A DNA stretch of 64,000 nucleotides from an uncultured Chloroflexia bacterium (GCA_963720505.1 CAVRFT010000003.1:863997-927996), one strand, 5' to 3'; counted from the stretch's first letter, positions 18,615-28,219 are shown. Translations and numbers: made by a program. The notes: generated by a model from the sequence alone, not told the origin.

Positions 18615-19919
18615 CTATGTCGTGGTCGCCACCGGGGGTTCGGTCGGATCGCCCGCCCCGGCAGCAGCGCCCATCGACTCATCGGCCACCGACTGGTCGA
18701 CGCGGCGCAGGTTTCGGACGCTCGGCACCAGCAGCACCACGCTGTTCGCGACCAGGCCCAGGGCGGTGCAGACCACCAGCGTCTGCTCGACGCCGAACTG
18801 CTCGGAGACCGGCCCCACCGCGGCGAAGGCCAGCGGCTGGAAGACGAGCGACACCATCCAGTCGTAGCTGCTGACCCGGCTGAGGGCGTCGCGCGGGATG
18901 TGCTGCTGCAGCATGGTGTCCCACAGCGTGTTGCTGATGACGATCGAGGCGATGGTGACGAACGCGCCCATCGCCACGATCAGCACCGGGAAGGGAGGCA
19001 CCAGCAGCAGCAGCTCGATCTGCGCCAGCAGCATGACCAGGAAGGCGGGGATCAGGGGCCGGTCCGGCTTCCAGCGCAGCGCCACCGCGCCGCCGGCCAC
19101 GCCGCCGATCGACGCGCCCGCGCCGATCAGGCCCCACGCCGCGGCGCCGCCCATCTCCCGGTTGGCGACCAGCGGCCCGAGCACCTGGAACGCGCCCAGC
19201 GACACGTTCGAGATCGAGAAGGTCAGGATGCAGGCCACCACCCACGAGCGCGACACCACCTCGTGCCAGCCATCGGCCAGCTCCGACACGAAGGTCCGAC
19301 GCGGCGCGGGCGCGCTCAACGGGATGCGCATCGCCACCAGGAATCCGGCGCTGACCAGGAAGCTGGCACCGTCGATGGCAAAGGCCCAGCCCGCGCCAAT
19401 GGTTGCCACGATCAGCCCGGACAGCAGCGGGCCGAAGATGTGGGTGGCGCTCTGGGAGATGCTCATCAGCGCATTGGCTTCCTGCAGCCGTTTCGCGCCG
19501 ACGATCTGCGGCATCAGGCCAATCGAGGCCGGCGTGAAGAAGGCCGCCGCGCTGCCCATCACCACCGCGAAGGCCATGAGCTGCCAGATCTGGGCGTTGC
19601 CGGTGATCAGCAGCGTGGACATGACCGCCTGGGCCGCGGCGCGAATCAGGTCGCAGGCGACCATCACGCGTTGGCGGGGGAGACGATCGGACCAGACGCC
19701 GCCGGCCAGAGTGAACAGGACGCGGGGCAGCGCAAAGGCGGCGAAGACGAGCCCCAGGTCCCCGGCCGAGCCCGTCAGCTCCAGCACGGCGAAGGCGAGC
19801 GCCACGCCCACCAGCGCGTCTCCCAGGAAGGAGCCGGTCTGCCCGATCCACAGCAGCCGGAAGTCGCGCTCGGAGAGCGCCGCGGTCGAGCTGCGCCAGA
19901 AGGCGCGGAACCGCTCCAT
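18615..19919 (-). CDS. MFS transporter (EntS/DHA3-like). It is a paralog of 22995..24263.
   Basis: 12 TMs. Shared motifs FRLLWIGQT, LADGWHEVVSR, ALRWKPDRPL and SRVSSYDWMVS. Confidence 0.85.
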   Translation of the reverse strand: MERFRAFWRSSTAALSERDFRLLWIGQTGSFLGDALVGVALAFAVLELTGSAGDLGLVFAAFALPRVLFTLAGGVWSDRLPRQRVMVACDLIRAAAQAVMSTLLITGNAQIWQLMAFAVVMGSAAAFFTPASIGLMPQIVGAKRLQEANALMSISQSATHIFGPLLSGLIVATIGAGWAFAIDGASFLVSAGFLVAMRIPLSAPAPRRTFVSELADGWHEVVSRSWVVACILTFSISNVSLGAFQVLGPLVANREMGGAAAWGLIGAGASIGGVAGGAVALRWKPDRPLIPAFLVMLLAQIELLLLVPPFPVLIVAMGAFVTIASIVISNTLWDTMLQQHIPRDALSRVSSYDWMVSLVFQPLAFAAVGPVSEQFGVEQTLVVCTALGLVANSVVLLVPSVRNLRRVDQSVADESMGAAAGAGDPTEPPVATTT

Positions 19920-19981
19920 GGCGCTTCGAGCCTAGCAGGGCCGGTGCGCGTGCCGCCCGTCATGAGAGGATTCGCGCGCTC

Positions 19982-20503
19982 ATGACGACCGAATCGGAGT
20001 CAATCACGGTCCGAGGCGCGACCGAAGCCGACCTGCCGACCATGACCGCCGCCAAGCTCGATGCCGGCACCGCCGCCTGGCCGCACATCTTCCCGGCCGA
20101 GGTCCTCTCGCAGCTGGGCTTCCCGGAGCGCTGGACGGCCGCCGTGCTGGAACCGCGGCAGCGCACCCACGCCCTGGTGGCAGAGCTGGACCAGGCGGTC
20201 GTGGGCTTCGCCATCGTGCGGCCGTCGGCCGACGACGACGGGTCACCCGAGACGGGGGAGCTGGACGGCTTCTACACCGCGCCCAGCGCGTGGGGCCGCG
20301 GGGCGGGCCTGGCGCTCATGGGGGCCGCCCTCGAGGCGCTGCGGGAAGACGGCTTCACGACCGCCACCCTGTGGACCGCGACCGACAACCATCGGCCTCG
20401 GCGTATCTACGAGCGCGCCGGCTGGCGGCTGGACGGCACGACCCGCAACCGCAACCTGGGCGGCATCGCCTTCGAGGAGCTGCGCTACCGCACCCGGCTG
20501 TAG
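19982..20503 (+). CDS. GNAT family N-acetyltransferase.
   Basis: 173 aa with a VGFAIV...GRGAGLALM acetyl-CoA binding region. Confidence 0.8.
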   Translation: MTTESESITVRGATEADLPTMTAAKLDAGTAAWPHIFPAEVLSQLGFPERWTAAVLEPRQRTHALVAELDQAVVGFAIVRPSADDDGSPETGELDGFYTAPSAWGRGAGLALMGAALEALREDGFTTATLWTATDNHRPRRIYERAGWRLDGTTRNRNLGGIAFEELRYRTRL

Positions 20504-20624
20504 CCCGCCTATCGGCCTCCAAGCCTTCCGTACCGCGTTCACAGTTTCCGCACATGCCACCCGCAGCCTTGGCGTTGAACGGCTGGATGGACCGGCCGAA
20601 TAAACATCAAGGAGTGACGAACAA

Positions 20625-21056
20625 ATGTCGGGTGGAACCTTTGCTCGCGTGCTGGCCGCGCTGGTCCTGATCGGCCTGATCGTGGCCATTGGCGCCGGCG
20701 TCTACAACGCTGGCGTCAGCGCCGGACTTGCCCAGACCGTGGCCGCGCCTTCCGGGGCACCGGTCGCCTACTACCCCGGGCCGTACCTCTGGCACGGCTG
20801 GGGCTGGGGATTCGGATTCTTCGGGATCTTCTTCTGGATCCTGGGGATCTTCCTGATCTTCGGCCTGCTGCGGGCCATCTTCGGCTGGGGCCGATGGGGT
20901 GGCCGCGGCTACCGGGACTGGAATCACCGGCCGAACGGCTACGGCAGTCCGCGCGAGCATTTCGATGACTGGCACCGCCGAGCGCACGAGCCGGGCTCAC
21001 CGGGCAGCGAATCGCCGGGCTCACCGGGCAGCGCGCCGCCGGGCTCCGGCAGCTAG
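20625..21056 (+). CDS. Small Trp/Gly-rich membrane protein with two TM helices, upstream of a two-component system.
   Basis: MSGGTFARVLAALVLIGLIVAIGAG...WHGWGWGFGFFGIFFWILGIFLIFGLL, with a C-terminal PGSPGSESPGSPGS tail. Strong RBS AAGGAG 10 nt upstream. Confidence 0.65.
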   Translation: MSGGTFARVLAALVLIGLIVAIGAGVYNAGVSAGLAQTVAAPSGAPVAYYPGPYLWHGWGWGFGFFGIFFWILGIFLIFGLLRAIFGWGRWGGRGYRDWNHRPNGYGSPREHFDDWHRRAHEPGSPGSESPGSPGSAPPGSGS

Positions 21057-21093
21057 ACCGATGCGGGCGGGCGGCGACGCCCGCCCGACTACC

Positions 21094-21780
21094 ATGCGAC
21101 CGATGGCCCGCATCCTCGTCGTCGATGACGAGCCCAAGATCGTGCAGCTCGTGCGCGACTACCTCGAGCACGGCGGCTTCGAGGTGCTGACTGCCCGCGA
21201 TGGGCGCGAAGCGCTGATGCGCGCGCGGCGCGAGCGGCCGGACCTCGTCGTGCTGGACCTGGGCCTGCCGGAGGTCGACGGGCTGGACGTCACCCGCGCG
21301 CTTCGCCGCGAGACCGATGTGCCGCTGATCATGCTCACCGCCCGCGACAGCGAGACCGACAAGGTCGTGGGCCTGGAGCTCGGGGCGGACGACTACCTGA
21401 CCAAGCCCTTCAGCCCGCGCGAGCTGGTCGCCCGCGTTCGCGCCGTGCTGCGGCGTCACGCCCGCGACGGGAGCGAGGAGCAGATCACCGTCGGCGAGCT
21501 GTTGCTGGACGTCCCGCGCCTGCAGGCGACGGTCGCCGGCCAGCGCGTGGCGCTCACCGCCACCGAGTTCGAGCTGCTGGCCACCATGGCCCGCCAGCCG
21601 GGCCGCGTGTTCACCCGCTCGCAGCTGTTGGACGCCATCCACGGCCTGGCCCTCGAGTCCTATGAACGAGCGATCGACGCGCATGTCAAGAACATCCGCC
21701 GCAAGGTGGAGCCGGACCCGCGCCATCCTCGATACCTGTTGACCGTCTACGGCGTCGGCTACCGGGTGGCGGATGCCTGA
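21094..21780 (+). CDS. OmpR-family response regulator.
   Basis: MARILVVDDEPKIV...LTARDSETDKVVGLELGADDYLTKPF. C-terminal LLTVYGVGYRV. Confidence 0.9.
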   Translation: MRPMARILVVDDEPKIVQLVRDYLEHGGFEVLTARDGREALMRARRERPDLVVLDLGLPEVDGLDVTRALRRETDVPLIMLTARDSETDKVVGLELGADDYLTKPFSPRELVARVRAVLRRHARDGSEEQITVGELLLDVPRLQATVAGQRVALTATEFELLATMARQPGRVFTRSQLLDAIHGLALESYERAIDAHVKNIRRKVEPDPRHPRYLLTVYGVGYRVADA

Positions 21781-22922
21781 GCCCGAATGGGGTCACCGTG
21801 GCCCATGGCGTCGCGGCCGTTGGGGCGAGGGCGAGCGACCGCGGTGGTGGCCCGAGGGCGAACCGTGGCCGCCGCAGGGGCCAGAAGGCTGGAGCCACCT
21901 GCGACGCCGCTTCATCGGCCGGGCGGTGCTCTTCGCGTTGGTGGCGCTGACCATCCTGGCCGGCCTGGCGGCGTTGCTGGTCTGGGCCCTGGCGACGCTG
22001 TTCGGCACCGGGTCGGGGACCGTGGTGGCCGCCCTGGTGGTGCTGCTGGCGCTGCTGCTGGTGGGACGGGCCGTGGTGCGCGGCGTGCGCGGCTCGGCCG
22101 AGCCGATCGCCGACCTGATGGCGGCCGCCAGCCGGGTCGAGACGGGGGACTACGGCGCACGCGTGCGAGAGGCCGGACCCGGCGACCTGCGGCGCCTTGC
22201 GCGCGCGTTCAACGCCATGAGCGCCCACCTCGAGCACGATGCGGCGGAGCGACGCCAGCTGCTGGCCGACGTGTCGCACGAGCTGCGCACGCCCTTGAGC
22301 GTGATCCAGGGCACGGTGGAGGGGATCCTGGACGGCCTCTACCCGGCCGACCGTGCGCACCTGGAGCCGATCCTGGAGGAGACGCAGCTGCTCGAGCGCC
22401 TGGTCGAGGACCTGCGCACCCTGTCGCTCTCCGAGACCGGCGCGCTGCGGCTGCATCGCGAGCCGACCGACCTGGCCGAGCTACTCACCGAATCGGTGGC
22501 CGCCTTCCGCGCCAAGGCCGATGCGGCGTCCGGTGGCCCTGACGAGCTCCGTCGACGACGACCTGCCCGCGCTCGAGCTGGACCAATCGCGCATGCGCCA
22601 GGTGATCGGCAACCTGCTGGACAACGCGGTGCGGCTGACACCGGCCGGCGGCTCGGTCAACGTCCGTGCCGCGACAGCGGGCAACGGCGTCATGGTCGAG
22701 GTGCAGGACACTGGCCCGGGCATCGCCGCCGACGTGCTGCCGCGCATCTTCGACCGCTTCTACCGTTCCGGCGAGCGTGGCGGCACGGGCCTGGGCCTGC
22801 CTATCGCGCGGTCGCTGGTCGAGGCCCACGGCGGCACGATCTCCGCCTCGTCCGAGCCCGGCCATGGGACAACGATCAGCATCCGCCTGCCGGCGGGGGA
22901 GCACGCAGCCACGCCCTCTTGA
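21773..22922 (+). CDS. Intramembrane-sensing histidine kinase with an apparent +1 frameshift near 22530.
   Basis: W/G/P/R-rich cytoplasmic N-terminus, two TMs with a minimal loop, HAMP, and H-box VSHELRTPL in frame 2. The HATPase domain (LLDNAVRLTP, DTGPGIA, GGTGLGLPIA) is in frame 3, with junction AFRAKADAA/VALTSSVDDDLP. The start overlaps the response regulator stop. Confidence 0.75.
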
Positions 22923-22935
22923 CACGTCGGTTTCG

Positions 22936-22978
22936 TTTGACGTCAAATAGTTTGATCTAAGGCTATTCGACGTCGAAT
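22936..22978. promoter_or_regulatory. Two perfect palindromes sharing a GACGTC core: TTTGACGTCAAA (22936..22947) and ATTCGACGTCGAAT (22965..22978), 30 bp centre-to-centre, upstream of the MFS gene.
   Basis: Read directly in the AT-richer 72-bp spacer between the kinase stop and the MFS start. Confidence 0.6.
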
Positions 22979-22994
22979 CGAAAGGGCGGAGGGC

Positions 22995-24263
22995 GTGCTG
23001 AACCGATTGGGGCCCCTGGTGGAGCCCAACTTCCGGCGACTCTGGATCGGCCAGACCACATCGGCGGCGGGCGATGCGCTGTCCGGCGTGGCGCTTGTCT
23101 TCGCGGTGCTGGGCATCAGCGACTCGGCCGCCGACCTTGGCTTCGTGATGGCGGCCTTCATGGTGCCGCGGGTGCTGTTCTTGCTGGTCGGCGGCGTCTG
23201 GGCCGATCGAGTGCCGCGCCGGCTGCTCATGGTCGGCTCGGACGTCGTGCGGGCGGTGGTGCAGGCGGGCCTGGCGGTGGCGATCCTGACCGGCAGCGGG
23301 GGGCTGTGGGTCTTCGTCGTGGGCGCCCTGCTCAGCGGCGCTGCGTCGGCCTTCTTCGGGCCGGCGATCATCGGTCTCATTCCGCAGACGATCAGCTCGT
23401 CGCGGCTGCAGTCCGGCAACGCACTGCTGAACCTGTCACAGAGCACCGCGCATATGGCCGGACCCATCGTGGCCGGCATCCTGGTGGCGGTGGTGGGGGC
23501 GGGCTGGATCTTCGCCATCGATGCGGCGAGCTTCGCGATCAGCGCCATCTTCCTGCTGCGACTGGTCATCCCCGCCGCGCCGGCGACCGAGCACAAGACC
23601 TTCCTGGACGACCTGGCCGATGGGTGGCACGAGGTCGTCAGCCGCCGCTGGCTGGTCGGATCGCTGGCGGCCTTCGCCTTCGGCAACCTCGCCTTCGCCG
23701 CGTTCTTCGTGCTCGGGCCGCTGGTCGTCGAACGCGACCTGGGCGGAGCCCCGGCGTGGGGCCTGCTGATGAGCGCCTTCGGCCTGGGCGGGCTGGTGGG
23801 TGGTGCAATCGCGCTCCGCTGGAAGCCGGACCGGCCGCTGGTGGCCACGTTCACCACGCTCCTCCTTGCCCCGGCTGCGCTGCTGCTCTTGGCGCAGACA
23901 CCGCCGCTGGCGGTCCTGGGTGTGGGGGTCGTGCTGCTGGCCATTTCGATCGCCATCTGCAACACGCTGTGGCACACCACCCTGCAGCAGCAGGTGCCCG
24001 AGGAGAGCATCTCCCGGGTCAGCTCCTACGACTGGATGGTGTCGCTCCTGATCTTCCCGGCCGGCGCCGCCCTAGCCGGTCCGCTGGCCGACGCCTTCGG
24101 TGCTGACGTGGCGCTGTTCGTGTTCGCCGCCCTGGCCGGCGTGCCGCTGGCGCTGGTGCTCGGCATGTCGAGCGTGCGGGCCGTGCGGCGGCTGGACGTC
24201 GCGCCGCGCCGGGACGCTCCGGCCGGCGACGGAGAGGTAGCGCCGGAGGGCGCCATCTCCTGA
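22995..24263 (+). CDS. MFS transporter (EntS/DHA3-like), paralog of 18615..19919.
   Basis: 12 TMs with the same signature motifs as the paralog. Confidence 0.85.
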   Translation: MLNRLGPLVEPNFRRLWIGQTTSAAGDALSGVALVFAVLGISDSAADLGFVMAAFMVPRVLFLLVGGVWADRVPRRLLMVGSDVVRAVVQAGLAVAILTGSGGLWVFVVGALLSGAASAFFGPAIIGLIPQTISSSRLQSGNALLNLSQSTAHMAGPIVAGILVAVVGAGWIFAIDAASFAISAIFLLRLVIPAAPATEHKTFLDDLADGWHEVVSRRWLVGSLAAFAFGNLAFAAFFVLGPLVVERDLGGAPAWGLLMSAFGLGGLVGGAIALRWKPDRPLVATFTTLLLAPAALLLLAQTPPLAVLGVGVVLLAISIAICNTLWHTTLQQQVPEESISRVSSYDWMVSLLIFPAGAALAGPLADAFGADVALFVFAALAGVPLALVLGMSSVRAVRRLDVAPRRDAPAGDGEVAPEGAIS

Positions 24264-24299
24264 CCGGCGGGAGCACATCGCGGCTGGCAGACTGGCGGC

Positions 24300-25241
24300 A
24301 TGCAGCGCCGCGAGCTGGCGTGCGACAGCGACGGCACTCGCCTGGCCGGCACCCTCAGCCTGCCCGATGGCGACGGCCCGTGGCCGGCAATCGTCACGCT
24401 GCATGGTTCCAGCAGCGGCAGCCGCGACCATCGGCTCTTCCTGCACCTTGAGGCGCTGCTAGTGCGCGCCGGATTCGCCGTGATGCGGTACGACCGACGC
24501 GGCAGCGGGGCCTCCGGCGGCGCCTTCGACAGCGCGGATTTCACGCAGCTGGCCGCCGATGCGCTGGCGGTGGTGGAGCTGGTCGCCGATCAGGACGGGA
24601 TCGACGCACGGCAGGTCGGCTTCTACGGTTACAGCCAGGGCGGCTGGATCGGTCCGGAGGCGGCCGCACGTTCGAGCACCGTGGCGTTCATGGTGCTGGT
24701 CGGCGCCTGCGCGGTCACGCCGGCGGACCAGATGCGCTACGCGACGGCGACCTCGCTGCGCGGCGCGGGCTACGGCGAAGCGGAGGTGGAACGGGCGCTG
24801 GCAACGCGGGCGGCGGTCGATGCCGCAACGCGGGGTGAGCTTGAGCGCGGTGAGGCGGCAACGCGGGTCGCGGCCGTGGCCGGTGAGCCTTGGTTCGACG
24901 TGGCGTTCATCCCGTCGCTACCGGATGACGGCGATGGCGCGCCCACCAAGTGGCGGCTGGAGATGGACTACGACGTCGCGCCGGCGCTGGCCCGGCTGGA
25001 CCTGCCGGTGCTGCTGATCCATGGCGACCACGACCGCTGGACGCCCATCGAGGAGAGCCAACGCATCTGGCGCGATGCGTTCCGCGATCACCCGCTGCAG
25101 CTGACCGCGGTGCGGTTGCCGGGTACGGGCCACTTCCCGACCATGGCGCGCGGCGCCGAGGGCGAGGAGGCGGCCCCCATGTCGCCGGACTACGAGGCCC
25201 TGCTGCTGCGCTGGCTGCGCCAACTGGCACCGACAGTTTGA
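24300..25241 (+). CDS. Alpha/beta hydrolase (S9/dienelactone-hydrolase-like).
   Basis: Nucleophile elbow GYSQGG. Catalytic His near the C-terminus (GTGHFP). Confidence 0.75.
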   Translation: MQRRELACDSDGTRLAGTLSLPDGDGPWPAIVTLHGSSSGSRDHRLFLHLEALLVRAGFAVMRYDRRGSGASGGAFDSADFTQLAADALAVVELVADQDGIDARQVGFYGYSQGGWIGPEAAARSSTVAFMVLVGACAVTPADQMRYATATSLRGAGYGEAEVERALATRAAVDAATRGELERGEAATRVAAVAGEPWFDVAFIPSLPDDGDGAPTKWRLEMDYDVAPALARLDLPVLLIHGDHDRWTPIEESQRIWRDAFRDHPLQLTAVRLPGTGHFPTMARGAEGEEAAPMSPDYEALLLRWLRQLAPTV

Positions 25242-25272
25242 CCGACATTTGCCTCGACGATAGCATCACGGC

Positions 25273-25590
25273 ATGGCAATGAATGCGAGTGCCGCCCTGC
25301 GGCTCCCGGCACGCGTCGTATCGGAGGCCACCGGGGCGAGCCCACGGTCGGTCGAGCGCTGGCGCGCCGGCATGGGACCGCGCCGCACCGAGTTCCGACT
25401 GAAGCTGGACGACCTGGCGGCGGTGCTGGAGATCCTGGGCGCGCAGATGGCGCCGCGCGCCCGCCAGGCGTGGCTGACCGGGCGCAGCGCGCATCTCGGC
25501 TGGCGGCGTCCGGTGGAGCTGCTGGCTGCCGGCGAGTTCGACCGCGTGCGCGGCGCCGCGCTCGCCTACGCGGCCGGGGACCCGACCTGA
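25273..25590 (+). CDS. Xre-like antitoxin (DUF2384, ParS/MbcA family) of a RES-Xre toxin-antitoxin pair.
   Basis: 105 aa. The C-terminal WLTGRSAHLGWRRPVELLAAGEFDRV matches the DUF2384 signature. It lies directly upstream of a RES-domain gene. Confidence 0.7.
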   Translation: MAMNASAALRLPARVVSEATGASPRSVERWRAGMGPRRTEFRLKLDDLAAVLEILGAQMAPRARQAWLTGRSAHLGWRRPVELLAAGEFDRVRGAALAYAAGDPT

Positions 25591-26105
25591 CGGCTCGCAC
25601 TCTGGCACCGGTCAGCCGCTTCCACGGCCGCGCCTGGCGCCAGACGGCGATCCGCGTGCCGGGCTGCCTGCCACCCGAGCAGCCGGCACCGCATCCCGGC
25701 CGCTATCACGGCGAAGGCGACCCATGGCCGCTCTACGCCGCGCTGGACCGCGCCACCATGTGGGCCGAGTGGGCCCAGGCCAGCGATGCCCCTCGCCGAC
25801 CCGATGACGATCCACGGTGGGTCTGCGACCTCGAGGTGGACCTGAACGTCCTCGACCTGCGCGAGGCTGCGACGCGCCGGGCGCTGCGGGTCGGCCTTGC
25901 TGGGCTGACCGGCCCGTGGTCGCCGGATGCCCCGAATCGGGACGCCCGACGCGTGGCCCGGGCGGCTGCCGAGCTGGGCGTGGACGGCGCCATCGTGCCC
26001 AGCGCCGCCGCCGACGGTGGCTGGAACCTGGTCGTGCTGCCACGCGCCTTCGAGCGGGTGCGGATGCGGCGGCGGCGGCGCGAGACGGCCCCAGGCCCCT
26101 CGTGA
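25587..26105 (+). CDS. RES-domain toxin (ParT/MbcT-like). The start codon is unresolved: no ATG, GTG or TTG lies at the expected position.
   Basis: GRYHGEGDPWPLYAALDRATMWAEW and VPSAAADGGWNLVVLP match the conserved Arg/Tyr/Glu/Ser blocks of RES. The frame opens at the antitoxin stop. Confidence 0.65.
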   Translation: MTARTLAPVSRFHGRAWRQTAIRVPGCLPPEQPAPHPGRYHGEGDPWPLYAALDRATMWAEWAQASDAPRRPDDDPRWVCDLEVDLNVLDLREAATRRALRVGLAGLTGPWSPDAPNRDARRVARAAAELGVDGAIVPSAAADGGWNLVVLPRAFERVRMRRRRRETAPGPS

Positions 26106-26446
26106 CCGCTCGCCGCCAGATCCGGCTCACCACGCGCGGCCGTCGCTCCGGCGAGCAGCGGGCGGTGACCCTCTTCGCCTGGCCCGACGGCGAGAACCTG
26201 GTCGTGGTCGGCTCGGCCGGCGGCCAGGCTCGCCATCCCGCCTGGGTGCTGAACCTCCGCACCGCTCCAGACGCGGAGATCCAGGACGGGAAGCAGCACC
26301 GGCCCGTCCGCGCCCGCGAGGCGGCGGGAACGGAGCGCGAGCGGCTCTGGCAGCTCGTGACCGAGGCCTTCCCGCTCTACGCCACGTACCAGCGCCGCAC
26401 GGACCGGACGCTGCCGATCTTCGTGCTGGAGCCGCCCTCCGACTAG
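26102..26446 (+). CDS. DUF385 / F420H2-dependent nitroreductase family (Ddn-like) protein.
   Basis: 114 aa. GTGA overlap with the RES stop. The RLTTRGRRSGEQRAVTLFAWPDGENLVVVGSAGGQARHPAWVLNL split-barrel motif is typical of the family. Confidence 0.7.
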   Translation: MTARRQIRLTTRGRRSGEQRAVTLFAWPDGENLVVVGSAGGQARHPAWVLNLRTAPDAEIQDGKQHRPVRAREAAGTERERLWQLVTEAFPLYATYQRRTDRTLPIFVLEPPSD

Positions 26447-27820
26447 GCCGGCGGCACGTTCTGGTTCAGCCGGAACAGGTTGTCCGGGTCGTACTCGCGC
26501 CTTGACTCGCGCCAGCCGCTCCCAGGTCCCCGCCGGATAGGCATCGTGCACGCGTGCCTCGCCTTCGTCGCCAAGGAAGTTCACGTAGGCGGCGTGGTTG
26601 TCGCCGCGCAGCGCGTCCCGGAAACCCTCCACCCACGCCTGGCGGGCGGGCTTGTCGGCCGGGCCCTCGTAGAACGCAGCCACGTTGACCAGGATCCGCT
26701 GGGACCGATGGGCGAAGGCGGTGGCCTCCGCCGGGACACGGGCCATGGCCCCGCCAAGCACGCGGAGCTGGGCGGCGCGCATGGACGCATCCGAGTCGTT
26801 CAGCCACTGCATGATCGTCTCGGCCTCGGGCAGGCCGATGCGGTCGACGAACAGGGTGTGTGCCACCGCCAGCGGGCGGTACGACTCGTCCTCGGGCGGG
26901 TACATCTCCGGGTAGCCCATCGGTCGCACCATGTCGGCGATGGGCTCGGCCAGCGCGCGGAACGGCGCGATCGCCCGCTGCCCGGCTTCGGCATCGCCGG
27001 CGTAGCCGAGCAGGCCCATGATCGCCAGCTTGCCGTGCCACTCCTCCGGCACGAATGGCATGGGCGGGGTGGGCATCACGTTCGCGATGGTCGACAGCTC
27101 GTCGGGCGCGGCCTCGGCGGCGGCGATGAAGCCGGCGACTGTCTCGGCCGTGGCCGGGAGCAGCAGCATGCCGCCCACGAAGCTGGGCAGCGGATGGAGG
27201 CGGTACTTGAAGCGCGTGACCACGCCGAGGTTGCCGCCGCCACCCCGCACCGCCCAGAACAGCTCCGGATGCTGGTCCTGGCTGACCTGCAGCACCTGCC
27301 CGTCGGCGGTGACGATCTCGGCGGCCAGCACCGAGTCGATGGTCATCCCGAACTTGCGGGTCAGGTAGCCGATCCCGCCGCCGGTGGTGATGCCACCGAT
27401 GCCCACCGAGCCGGTGTCGCCGAAGCCGACCACCACACCGTGCTCCGTTGCCGCGGTGGTCAGCTCAGCGGCGGTCAGGCCGGTCTGCGCCCAGACAGTG
27501 CCGGCATCGAGATCGAAGTCGACGGCCTTCATGTCGTGCAGGTCCAGCACGATGCCGCCCTCGGTCACGCTGTGGCCGGCGCCCGAGTGGCCGCCGCTGC
27601 GGACCGCCAATTCCAGGCCGGTCTCCTTCGCCGTGGCGATCACCTGCGCCACGTCATCGGCATCGGCGACGCGCACGATGGCCGCTGGATGGCGGTCGAT
27701 GGCGCCCAGCGAGACGGTGCGCGCCTTGTCGTAGTCAGTGTCCTCCGGACCGATCACGCGACCGCGGACGCGGTCCCGCAGCTCGGTGAGGATGCTTGTC
27801 GTGGACGGGGTCAGCGACAC
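26445..27820 (-). CDS. FAD-linked oxidase (PCMH-type FAD-binding; BBE/vanillyl-alcohol-oxidase-like) with an apparent +1 frameshift near 26478. The frameshift creates a 695-aa read-through ORF.
   Basis: FAD-binding N-domain (VRSGGHSGAGHSV, VGIGGITTGGGIGYL). The true C-terminus ARVKA(E)YDPDNLFRLNQNVPPA* is recovered in the third frame and ends at 26445. Confidence 0.75.
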
Positions 27821-27895
27821 GATGCGTTCTCCGGTGGGGAAGGTTTCACCCTAACGGACCGCGCCGGGGACCGCATCTCATCGGTCCCTGAGCCG

Positions 27896-28219
27896 ATGAG
27901 TTTCGAGCCCACGCCGGGTCTGGACCTGGACATGCAGCGCCTCGCACCCGGCCCGGACCGCATCGACTGTGACCTGGCCGGGCTGGACCGTGCCGACTTC
28001 GGCGTCATCAACCTGGTCGCGCACCTGCTCCTGGCCGCGCGGCGCGGCGACTGCCGGCTGCGGATCGTCAACGCGCCGGACGGGTTGTCGGAGCTGATGG
28101 CCCTCTCAGGCCTGGACCGGTTGCCCAACCTCCGCGTCGAGATGGTCCGCCAGGCCGAACAGCGGGAACAGGCGCCCCGTGTCCAGGAAGAAGGTGATCC
28201 CGCTGATCCGATCCCCTGA
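27896..28219 (+). CDS. STAS-domain protein (anti-sigma-factor antagonist-like).
   Basis: DCDLAGLDRADFGVINLVAHLLLAARRGDCRLRIVNAPDGLSELMALSGLDRL. Its 3' end overlaps the convergent sigma factor gene by about 110 bp, so one of the two ends is probably affected by an indel. Confidence 0.55.
   Translation: MSFEPTPGLDLDMQRLAPGPDRIDCDLAGLDRADFGVINLVAHLLLAARRGDCRLRIVNAPDGLSELMALSGLDRLPNLRVEMVRQAEQREQAPRVQEEGDPADPIP

Noticed and set aside
18615-24263. The inverted paralogous MFS genes as terminal repeats of a composite transposon.
   Set aside because: There is no transposase, no nucleotide-level terminal inverted repeats, and only protein-level similarity. An ancient duplication is more parsimonious.
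25733-27820. A 695-aa ORF extending far beyond the FAD-linked oxidase.
   Set aside because: This is read-through caused by a +1 indel near 26478. The authentic C-terminus (EYDPDNLFRLNQNVPPA*) is in another frame, ending at 26445. The extension is Arg/Ala/Ser-rich low-complexity sequence that overlaps the RES and DUF385 genes on the opposite strand.
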